Shown here: positions 50,037-57,372 of the stretch, piece after piece
How positions within the stretch are numbered: position 1 is the first letter of the stretch
Layout of the letters: each line of letters starts with the position of its first letter
Assembly: GCA_030648205.1 (NCBI GenBank)
Contig: JAUSIH010000037.1
Span: 3,744-67,743, forward strand
DNA: 64,000 nt
Reading direction: 5' to 3'
Source of the DNA: Dehalococcoidia bacterium
GTDB lineage: Bacteria; Chloroflexota; Dehalococcoidia; JAUSIH01
The notes under the pieces: model-generated
The model's database searches: none
Seen by the model: only the letters and a program-made list of their open reading frames with translations
Told to the model about the DNA's origin: nothing
Made by a program: the position numbers and the translations under genes

Positions 50037-51653
50037 CTACGGCACCACCTCTATGGCCAGCCGGACGGCGGGCAGCTTGTATCCCAGCGACAGGGCAGGG
50101 AAGTCGTCTTTGTAGCTCAGGATGGGTACCTGGTATCCCCACGGCGGCTTCCCGTGCCCCTGATAGATCATCGGGTACAGGTCCACCAGGTGAATGCCAG
50201 GCGCGCCTGTGGCCACGAGGTTTACCGTGACGTCGCCCATGCTGTTGAAGCCGCACGCGAAGCCGATGTAGGCATTGTCATAGGTCATCGCCACGCCGTT
50301 CGTCAGCTCGGTCCAGCCCACTCCCTTGATGCGGATTGTAAAGGTCTCGCCAGCCTTCACGCGCGTTGGCGTCACGTCCACGAGGCTGATCTCGACGTAG
50401 TAGGGGACATCCGCGACAACCTTGCCCCCTTGCACCAGCTTCACCACGTGCCAGCCGCCCAGGTCGTCCGGGACCTGGATCGTCCCCGCCAGCACCCCAT
50501 TCGCGTCGGTTCTGGCCTTGAGAAGGGATGTCTCGTTCAAGCTCCACCCGCTCGGGCTGACGCGATTGCCGCGAACGGTCACCCAGAAGGCTTCCACATC
50601 GCTGTTGGGCGTGAGACCGCTCGCATTTAGCGCAGCTTTGGAGAGGATGGGGCCGGAGGCGGGTTTCAGCGTGGCGGTGGGGCCCGGCGACCGCAGGACG
50701 CCGCCCGCGCTACCTTGCGTGGTCTTGACAGCCTCGCTCACCGAGGCGACGCGGCTCGCGTCCGGCCAGTCGAGCGAGAAGGCCGGAAGGCCCTTGCTCT
50801 CGGTCACGGTGAACCAGGCGCGGAGGTCTGGTATGTGGGCGGTGCCGGACTGCTGGTTATTGAGGTACGGGACGGACTTGGCGCCATGGTTGAAGTCCAG
50901 GACGTGCTTGCCCACCGGGCCCGCGGCGCGGATGTGGGCTGTCGCCGTGCCGCGCGTGGTCACCGCCGTGATAATCCCCGTGGGCTGGTTGTTGTAGCGG
51001 AGCGCGATGGTGCTCTCGTAGACCTTCCAGCCGAGTCCGGTCATTTTGATGGTGATGGGGGTGCCGATGGGTCCTTCCTGCGGCGTGATGGTGACGTTCC
51101 GCATGATGCGGTAGCCGCCGCGCGCAACGTCGCCATTGTCCACGACGGCGAAGATGTCATGGACCTCCCCGAAGTCCTCCGGCGCCTTGAGCGACGCCGA
51201 GAACCTGCCTTGAGCGTCCGTGGTTGCCTGCCCCAGAGGCATCCGCTTCTCGACGAAATTCCTCTCGTAGAACTCGACGTTCTCCGCGGTGGCCTTCATG
51301 ACATAGCTGCCGTCCACCGTGACCCATAGCAACGTCACCGGCTTTCCGGGCGCAAGGCCGTCGCCGCTGATGGTGAAGGCGTCACCCACATAGCCCTTGC
51401 TGGGCTCGACCTTGAGCAGCTTCAGCGGTACGGGAGTGGGCGTGGGCGCCGTGGCGGGGCCGGCGCCGATCACCGGAACGTCCTGCATGTTTGGCGCAGT
51501 CGTTGTGGAAGAACTGGGGGAGGGCGGTCGCTCAGCGGGCTGCGCTTGCGGGGCAGAGACACAGGCCGCAAGCAACAGACCCGTGAGCGCAAGCATCAGG
51601 AACAGTCGTGCCCTCAAAGACCAATGCCTTGCTGATTCGTATGCGTTTGTCAT
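50037..51653 (-). CDS. uncharacterised lipoprotein 'A2' (paralog of A1)
   Basis: SD 'ggaggg', then ATG. Lipobox 'LLLAAC'. Shares '...LPxxRLAIEVVP' C-terminus and domain order with A1. Confidence 0.6.
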   Translation of the reverse strand: MTNAYESARHWSLRARLFLMLALTGLLLAACVSAPQAQPAERPPSPSSSTTTAPNMQDVPVIGAGPATAPTPTPVPLKLLKVEPSKGYVGDAFTISGDGLAPGKPVTLLWVTVDGSYVMKATAENVEFYERNFVEKRMPLGQATTDAQGRFSASLKAPEDFGEVHDIFAVVDNGDVARGGYRIMRNVTITPQEGPIGTPITIKMTGLGWKVYESTIALRYNNQPTGIITAVTTRGTATAHIRAAGPVGKHVLDFNHGAKSVPYLNNQQSGTAHIPDLRAWFTVTESKGLPAFSLDWPDASRVASVSEAVKTTQGSAGGVLRSPGPTATLKPASGPILSKAALNASGLTPNSDVEAFWVTVRGNRVSPSGWSLNETSLLKARTDANGVLAGTIQVPDDLGGWHVVKLVQGGKVVADVPYYVEISLVDVTPTRVKAGETFTIRIKGVGWTELTNGVAMTYDNAYIGFACGFNSMGDVTVNLVATGAPGIHLVDLYPMIYQGHGKPPWGYQVPILSYKDDFPALSLGYKLPAVRLAIEVVP

Positions 51654-51683
51654 GACCGCCCTCCGATCCCAGTTTAATGACTG

Positions 51684-52493
51684 CTATTCGACGATTTGAA
51701 GCCGACTGTCTGCCGTCGCGCTCACCAGCGCTGGCTGCTTCCATGTGCCAGTCGTCTTGCCATCCTTGGATGTCACAGTGATGCTGTAGTCGAGGCCGCC
51801 CAGCGGGTAGTTGAGCGGGATATCCCAAAACGCGTTCCACATCCAGGGTGCATCAGGGACGCGCCCGCCGGCTCGCTGGGACCACCGGGCGGTTATCTCC
51901 TCGCCGTGCGGGAGCCGCATCTTGACCGTCGCTCCGTCCAGGTCCGTCACCCGCTTGTCCGTGGCGAGGTCAATCGCCTCGAAGCGCCAGACGATGCGCT
52001 GCCCGCGCTTGAACACGCTGGTGGGCAGGCAGTTGACGGTGGAGGCTATGTCAAACTGGCTGGGCCTTTGTGTAGCCAGCGCCTCGACATGGAAGTAATA
52101 GGGGCCCACGGGCTGGGAGTAAGAAGCGGGAGTCACGGGCCGTGGTGGCGCCGCGACGCCGGGTGGGAGCGGCGTGGGAGTGGGAGGAGGCGGCGGCTGG
52201 GGCACTTTCTTCGCACCGATGAGCACCGTCACGCCCGCCGGGCCCGCGCTCTTCAGCGCGTCCTCTGCCTTCTTCTGCTCGGCCGTCAGCTTCTGTTGAA
52301 TGGTTGTGATCTCCTGCTGCCTGGCGGCCAGGTCCTTCTGGACAGCCGCCGTCTTCTGCTCGGCGGCGGTCGCCTGCGCCTTGGCGGCGTCCAGGTCCGC
52401 CTGGGAGATGCCGCTGCAGGCCGAGGCCAGCACCAGCGTTGCGCTCAGCGCCGAGAAAACCCCTAGCCTTTTGATACCTTTGCTAAACCCCAT
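51684..52493 (-). CDS. uncharacterised lipoprotein 'B2' (paralog of B1)
   Basis: Lipobox 'LVLASACSG'. Same coiled-coil, poly-Pro and C-terminal domain architecture as B1. Confidence 0.6.
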   Translation of the reverse strand: MGFSKGIKRLGVFSALSATLVLASACSGISQADLDAAKAQATAAEQKTAAVQKDLAARQQEITTIQQKLTAEQKKAEDALKSAGPAGVTVLIGAKKVPQPPPPPTPTPLPPGVAAPPRPVTPASYSQPVGPYYFHVEALATQRPSQFDIASTVNCLPTSVFKRGQRIVWRFEAIDLATDKRVTDLDGATVKMRLPHGEEITARWSQRAGGRVPDAPWMWNAFWDIPLNYPLGGLDYSITVTSKDGKTTGTWKQPALVSATADSRLQIVE

Positions 52494-52555
52494 GATGACC
52501 TCCTTTATCTCCTTTTTGGTGCGAGCCCAAAATACCGGCGCCGAAATGGCTTAGT

Positions 52556-53158
52556 CTATGGTCCCTTGTAGTCCAGGTTGGGGTACAAGGGGGCCGTAGG
52601 GCGGGTTACCTTGATGGCCTTGATCTCAAAACCGCCGCCTTTTGAAGATGCATGGCACGCGTTGCAGCCGTCAATGGCGTTGTCGTAAGCCTTTTCAAAG
52701 GCGGCTTTGTCTTTGGCCTTGGCCGCTGCTTCCAGGGCTTTCAGCGCTGGCGCCCAGTCACTCATGGCCTGCGCTCTTCCCGGGCGTGTCACCGCAATGG
52801 TGTTAAGCTCTTCGCCAGCGCGATAGATCTCGAAGCCGGCGAATTCCCAGTTTCCTGCCTGAGCAGCAAACCACATCAGGTTGAAGCTCTCGGTGAACTC
52901 GCGCATCCTGCCGGCTGTGCCAGGCTGGATAGCCCAGAGGGGCAGCTTTGTGTCAACCTTGGTGAACTTCTCGTCTATGATCTTGGTTACAGCTTCCGCG
53001 GAAGGGCCAGACGCACCTGCCGGGCCGGCCAGGCCTTGCGGTCCGGCAGGGCCGGGTGAGCCGGTAGGGCCAGCCGGGCCCTGGGGGCCAGCACACGCGG
53101 CCAGGACCAGAGTCATCAGGAGTCCTAGGATCAGAACAGGCCCGAGTTTTCTGAGCAC
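52556..53158 (-). CDS. cytochrome c'-like (class II, C-terminal CxxCH) lipoprotein with N-terminal collagen-like GXY repeats
   Basis: GTG start at 53158 with SD 'aaaggagg'. Lipobox 'LVLAAC'. Ten consecutive GXY triplets 'GPQGPAGPTGSPGPAGPQGLAGPAGASGPS'. Helical domain ends in 'AIDGCNACHASSKGG', a heme c site near the C-terminus as in cytochrome c'/c556. Confidence 0.6.
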   Translation of the reverse strand: MLRKLGPVLILGLLMTLVLAACAGPQGPAGPTGSPGPAGPQGLAGPAGASGPSAEAVTKIIDEKFTKVDTKLPLWAIQPGTAGRMREFTESFNLMWFAAQAGNWEFAGFEIYRAGEELNTIAVTRPGRAQAMSDWAPALKALEAAAKAKDKAAFEKAYDNAIDGCNACHASSKGGGFEIKAIKVTRPTAPLYPNLDYKGP

Positions 53159-53211
53159 GGAAACCTCCTTTGTTTGCTTACTTTGTGCAGGTCGCCGGGT
53201 AGCTCCTTTTC

Positions 53212-54189
53212 TCACCTCCTGCCGTGGACTCGGGAGATGCTGAAGGCCTGGTACAGGATGAACCCGAAGATTCCCCAGACCGCCAGTACAACAAGGGCCA
53301 GGCCAGAAGTGGCCCAGTGGTCGAGGAGTTGGTGGATGAGAGGCCGGTCCGCCACGCCGACTGTAAGAGACGCCGCCCACGGAGGTATGATGCCCAGCCC
53401 CGTCGACTCCATGACGTAGGCCGACGGCGGCGCGCCCGTGGACTGGATCGCTATGGCCTGCTCGCTCTCAGCGTACACGCCCATGCCCTCGAAGCGTGCC
53501 GTGATGGCGTACTGGTTCGTGGCAAGAGTGGGCTTGAAGTCCAGGAAGGCGACTCCTTTGGCATCGGTCTTCGCGGAGCCGATGTCCATCTTGCCCTTCC
53601 TGCCCGCGAACTCGGCGTCCAAGAGGAAGCGGACCTCCGCTTTGGGAACGGGGTTGCCGGAGCCGTCGTTCAGCGAGGCCATCAGGGCGACGGTCTCGCC
53701 TCCCGTGACCCAGGAAGAGGGAGAAACGTTCAGCTTTGTCGGGGTCAGCGCCGCGGCCCCACCGCCGCCACCGCCGCGCCGGACATTCAAGGCGCCGCGT
53801 TGCATGAAGTCGTGGATCTCGCAGTCCAGGTCGCACTTGAAGCGGAACGTGCCCGGTTTGTCCGCGAGGAACTTGAAGGTGAACTCTTTGTGTTCGGACG
53901 TGAGCTTGTCCGACTCCAGCTTGTATCCTTCCAGCACAATGATATGCTCGTCATGGATATACCCTTTGTGCGCCCACACGAAGGTCATCTCCACGAGCTT
54001 GCCCTGCTCGACTTCAATGACCGGGTCCCCTTCCTTGCCGTTGTAAGCGAACCCGGAGTCTGTTATCTCCACCCGCAGCTTCACGGGGTCATCGGCGCGG
54101 GCGACTCGCAGGGGCGTCAGCGCCAACAGAGCGACCAGGACGGCGGCGACTATTGCCGCGCGTCGTGTCCAGCTAACCATTTCTCGCAC
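53212..54189 (-). CDS. membrane-anchored cupredoxin-domain protein (type-1-like Cu site) with Ig-like domain and C-terminal TM
   Basis: N-terminal signal/TM. Cupredoxin beta-sandwich with 'WAHKGYIHDEH' and 'FKCDLDCEIHDFM' (C-x2-H-x2-M as in amicyanin, with an extra Cys 4 residues upstream). Gly-rich linker, a second beta domain and the C-terminal TM 'LALVVLAVWGIFGFILY'. Confidence 0.55.
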   Translation of the reverse strand: MREMVSWTRRAAIVAAVLVALLALTPLRVARADDPVKLRVEITDSGFAYNGKEGDPVIEVEQGKLVEMTFVWAHKGYIHDEHIIVLEGYKLESDKLTSEHKEFTFKFLADKPGTFRFKCDLDCEIHDFMQRGALNVRRGGGGGGAAALTPTKLNVSPSSWVTGGETVALMASLNDGSGNPVPKAEVRFLLDAEFAGRKGKMDIGSAKTDAKGVAFLDFKPTLATNQYAITARFEGMGVYAESEQAIAIQSTGAPPSAYVMESTGLGIIPPWAASLTVGVADRPLIHQLLDHWATSGLALVVLAVWGIFGFILYQAFSISRVHGRR

Positions 54190-55552
54190 CTCCCGTCTGC
54201 GGCGTGAGCGTGGTGGGCCCGGCCGCTAGTCCCGCGGACGGCGCCGACTGCTTGGCTTTCTCCTGCTCCCATCCTTCCTTCATCTCCCACACGGGGATTA
54301 TCGGAAAGAGCTTGGTGAAAAGCGTCAGGGTGAGCGCGAAGCCTCCGAAGGATGCCACGGTGACAGCTATCTCCACCCATGAGGGGGTATAGACGCCCCA
54401 GTCATACGGCAGAAGGGGCAGGGAAAGCGTTGGAACGACGATGATGAACCGTTTGATCCACATGCCGATGTTCACCAGGATGGACCCGATCAGCATCAGT
54501 GGGATGGTGCGCGTCCGGCGGAACGCCGCCCAGATGATGGGCAGAATCTGACCGAAGAAGAATCCCCCCCAGACCAGGGGGCTGTACTTGCCGAGCAGGA
54601 GCGACTCCAGCAGGAGTTTATCCTCGCTCGCCAGCTTGTAGCCTATGGTCAGGTACTCGGCGAAGGTGAAGTAGAGGTAGCCGATGCCGAATACCACGAG
54701 CAGGTAGCTCAGGTAGCGGAAGTGCTTCTCCGTTAAGTACTCCTCCAGGTGATAGACCTTGCGGAAGATGATCATGAGGGTGATGAGCATGGCCGTGCCG
54801 GAATACAGGGCGCCGACGGCGAAGTAGGGGGCGAAGATGGTGCTCGCCCAGCCCGCGCGGTAGGTCATGCCAAAGATCCAGGAGACCACTGAGTGCACCG
54901 TCACGCCGATGGGGATGATGATGAGCATCATGATGCCCGCGCCGCGCTCCAGGTGCCTGTGCTGCTCGGGCAATCCCTGCCATCCCAGGGAGACCAGAGA
55001 ATAGACGCGGTGACGCAGCCCGGATACCTTGCCGGCGAATTTGTCGCGCAGGAGGGCGGAGTCCGGAATAATGAACAGGAACAGGTAAATGACGCTGGCC
55101 GTCAGGTACGTGCTGATAGCCAGAATGTCCCACAGGAGGGGCGATTCAAGACGCCCGTACAGAAGAATGTTGGCGACCCGATCAGGGCGTCCCATGTCAA
55201 CTATGGGCATGAGGCCGCACATCAGCAGGGCGGAGACGGTGGTGATTTCCGCCAGGCGCGTGATCGGTCGGCGCCACTCCGCGCCCGTGATGCGCAGAAT
55301 GGCGGAGATGAAGGTGCCGGACATGCTCACTCCGCTGAAGAAGACGAAGTTGGAGATGTACAGGCCCCAGACCACCGTGTCACGCATCCCCGTGACGGCA
55401 AGGCCTCTCTGGAGCTGCTCGTAGTAGGCGACGAAGCCCACCCCCATAAGCACGACCAGGACGGCCATCCAGGCGTACCATGCGCGGGACGTATGCAAGA
55501 GGGGGCGATAGACCGTCTCTTCCAGTCGTTCTTCACGACTCGCGGTCGTCAT
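54173..55552 (-). CDS. NrfD/PsrC-family polytopic quinone-interacting membrane subunit
   Basis: 459 aa with ~10 TM helices and the typical NrfD N-terminal segment ('AWYAWMAVLVVLMGVGFVAYYEQLQRGLAVTGMRDTVVWGLYISNFVFFSG'). The start ATG at 55552 overlaps the stop of the FeS subunit. Confidence 0.8.
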   Translation of the reverse strand: MTTASREERLEETVYRPLLHTSRAWYAWMAVLVVLMGVGFVAYYEQLQRGLAVTGMRDTVVWGLYISNFVFFSGVSMSGTFISAILRITGAEWRRPITRLAEITTVSALLMCGLMPIVDMGRPDRVANILLYGRLESPLLWDILAISTYLTASVIYLFLFIIPDSALLRDKFAGKVSGLRHRVYSLVSLGWQGLPEQHRHLERGAGIMMLIIIPIGVTVHSVVSWIFGMTYRAGWASTIFAPYFAVGALYSGTAMLITLMIIFRKVYHLEEYLTEKHFRYLSYLLVVFGIGYLYFTFAEYLTIGYKLASEDKLLLESLLLGKYSPLVWGGFFFGQILPIIWAAFRRTRTIPLMLIGSILVNIGMWIKRFIIVVPTLSLPLLPYDWGVYTPSWVEIAVTVASFGGFALTLTLFTKLFPIIPVWEMKEGWEQEKAKQSAPSAGLAAGPTTLTPQTGGARNG

Positions 55553-56481
55553 TACTTGCCTCCTTCATGGGTCTTGTCCAGAGTGGCCCCCAGTTCCTGC
55601 CATGAGCGCGGGTTCTGGGTAGCGCGCTCGTCGCCGACGTGGTGGCCGTATTCCTGGCCGTGGCCGGGGATGTACCACACCCGTGGCCGCGTGCCCAGCT
55701 CCTCCTTCAGGCGGTAGGCGCTATTCTCGCCCAGGAACGTGGAGAGCTTGACGATGTCCGTGCCGTTGGTGGCGATGTCCTCGGTCAGATCGCCAAGATA
55801 GATCGCCTTCATGGGGCACTTCTCGGCGCAGGCGGGGAGCTTCCCATCCGCCGTGCGGTGCGCGCAGAGCATGCACTTCTCCACGGTACCCTGGCGGTGG
55901 GGAACGGGGAATTCAGGGCTGTACTTGGCGAATGTGGCCCCGGGCGGGTTCTGCGGCTGGTTCCAGTTGAAGGAGCGAGCTCCGTAGGGACAGGCGGCCA
56001 TGCACATGCGGCAGCCAATGCACCGCTCGTGGTTAATGAGGGTGACTCCCTCCTCCGTCCTGTAGGTGGCCCCCACCGGGCAGACCTTGACGCAGGGCGG
56101 GTTCTCACACTGCATGCACGGGCGGGGCAGGTAGTAGGTGTGGCCTGCCTCGCTTTTCACGTTCATGACCCTGAGCCACTGCTGCCCCGCCGGGACGAAG
56201 TGTTCCGTGTTGCAGGCCTCGGTGCACGCGGGCGGCTTGTCCTGCGTGACGCAGCCCTCGCACTTCCGCAGGTCAATCACCAATGTCCACTGGCGAAGCA
56301 CGCCGCCAGCCTTTTTGCCGGCTTCACCGGATGCGGTCCCGGTGGATTTACCCATCATCGAGGGCACAAGCGGCGCTGCGACGGCGGCCGCTCCGGCCAC
56401 TCCAATCAGTGCTAACAGCCGTCTCCGGCTGATTTTCCCGGCTTCGCCGGACTGGTTGGGGTCGCTGGTGTCACTGTCCAT
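55552..56481 (-). CDS. TAT-exported 4x[4Fe-4S] ferredoxin-type subunit (NrfC/PsrB/DmsB-like)
   Basis: Twin-arginine signal 'SRRRLLALIGVAGAAAVA'. Four Cys clusters ('CEGC..C...C', 'CMQCENPPCVKVCP', 'CIGCRMCMAACP', 'CMLCAH...CAEKCP'). SD 'aagggagggg' precedes the ATG at 56481. The upstream ATG at 56538 lacks an SD. Confidence 0.8.
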   Translation of the reverse strand: MDSDTSDPNQSGEAGKISRRRLLALIGVAGAAAVAAPLVPSMMGKSTGTASGEAGKKAGGVLRQWTLVIDLRKCEGCVTQDKPPACTEACNTEHFVPAGQQWLRVMNVKSEAGHTYYLPRPCMQCENPPCVKVCPVGATYRTEEGVTLINHERCIGCRMCMAACPYGARSFNWNQPQNPPGATFAKYSPEFPVPHRQGTVEKCMLCAHRTADGKLPACAEKCPMKAIYLGDLTEDIATNGTDIVKLSTFLGENSAYRLKEELGTRPRVWYIPGHGQEYGHHVGDERATQNPRSWQELGATLDKTHEGGK

Positions 56482-56640
56482 GGTCTCCCCTCCCTTGACT
56501 CGATCGAGGAACCCTCCCGCTCCTCGGCGCATATTCATATGCCAGATTCATTATGGCCGTTTAGAGGGGAGGGCAACATCCGAAAAACCTCGCGTCTTCC
56601 AGCGCGTGGAAACACCTGCTGTCAACACGTAGTCGTTCGG

Positions 56641-56670
56641 TTGCGATTCAAAGCGCGCCGCAAATATACT
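56641..56670 (+). promoter_or_regulatory. sigma70-like promoter TTGCGA-18-TATACT for the two-component system; divergent region shared with the NrfCD-like operon
   Basis: -35 at 56641-46, -10 at 56665-70. It lies in the 220-nt divergent intergenic region, 56482-56701. Confidence 0.45.
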
Positions 56671-56701
56671 AGAATAGAGTGTGAAAGCAGGTGCAGGGCG
56701 T

Positions 56702-57370
56702 ATGGAGCCGATTCGGGTTGTCCTGGGGGAAGACCACTCGCTGGTGCGCGAGGGGACGCGGCGCATCCTTGAGCAATACCCTGACCTGGTTGTCGTGGGA
56801 GAGGCCGGCGATGGGGAGCAGGCGCTTGAGATGGTGGGACGCCTGCAGCCAGACGTTGCTATCCTGGACGTTCGGATGCCAAAGCTCAGCGGCATCGAGG
56901 TAGTGCGTCGGATAAAGGCGTGCTCCCCGAACACGAAGGCATTGATGTTGACTGCCTACGATGACGACGACTACATTCTGGCATCAATGGAAGCGGAGGC
57001 GGCGGGCTATCTTCTTAAGACCGCCAGGGCCAGTGAGCTGGTAGAGGCGGTCCGGAGTGTCCATGCGGGCGAGTCTGTCCTGCACCCTGCTATCGCAGCG
57101 AAGGTGGCTCGCTTGTGGGGGCGCCGCCGGGTCAAGGTGGAGCAGGAGCCCGCCGAGGCGCTCAGCCCGCGGGAGCGCGAGGTGATGGACCTCGCCGCCA
57201 AGGGCCTTCGCAACAAGGACATAGCCGAGAAACTGTCCATAAGCGTGCGGACCGTGGAGGGACATTTCAATAGCATATTTGCCAAGCTGGGTGTCTCCTC
57301 CCGCGTTGAGGCTATTCTCTACGCGGTGTCGTTGCACACGGTCACTCCTGAAGAGGACAAGCGGACATAA
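56702..57370 (+). CDS. NarL/FixJ-family response regulator (REC + LuxR HTH)
   Basis: 'IRVVLGEDHSLVREG...VAILDVRMPKLSGIEV' receiver domain. The C-terminus 'LSPREREVMDLAAKGLRNKDIAEKLSISVRTVEGH' is a LuxR-type HTH. Confidence 0.85.
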   Translation: MEPIRVVLGEDHSLVREGTRRILEQYPDLVVVGEAGDGEQALEMVGRLQPDVAILDVRMPKLSGIEVVRRIKACSPNTKALMLTAYDDDDYILASMEAEAAGYLLKTARASELVEAVRSVHAGESVLHPAIAAKVARLWGRRRVKVEQEPAEALSPREREVMDLAAKGLRNKDIAEKLSISVRTVEGHFNSIFAKLGVSSRVEAILYAVSLHTVTPEEDKRT

Positions 57371-57372
57371 CT

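Noticed and set aside
52556-56538. Interpreting the FeS/NrfD/cupredoxin/cytochrome genes as Alternative Complex III or polysulfide/nitrite reductase
   Set aside because: There is no ActA pentahaem, ActB molybdopterin-like, ActD/E/F, PsrA or NrfA/B gene in or adjacent to the operon. Only the generic NrfC/NrfD-like pair is present, so assignment to those complexes is unsupported.
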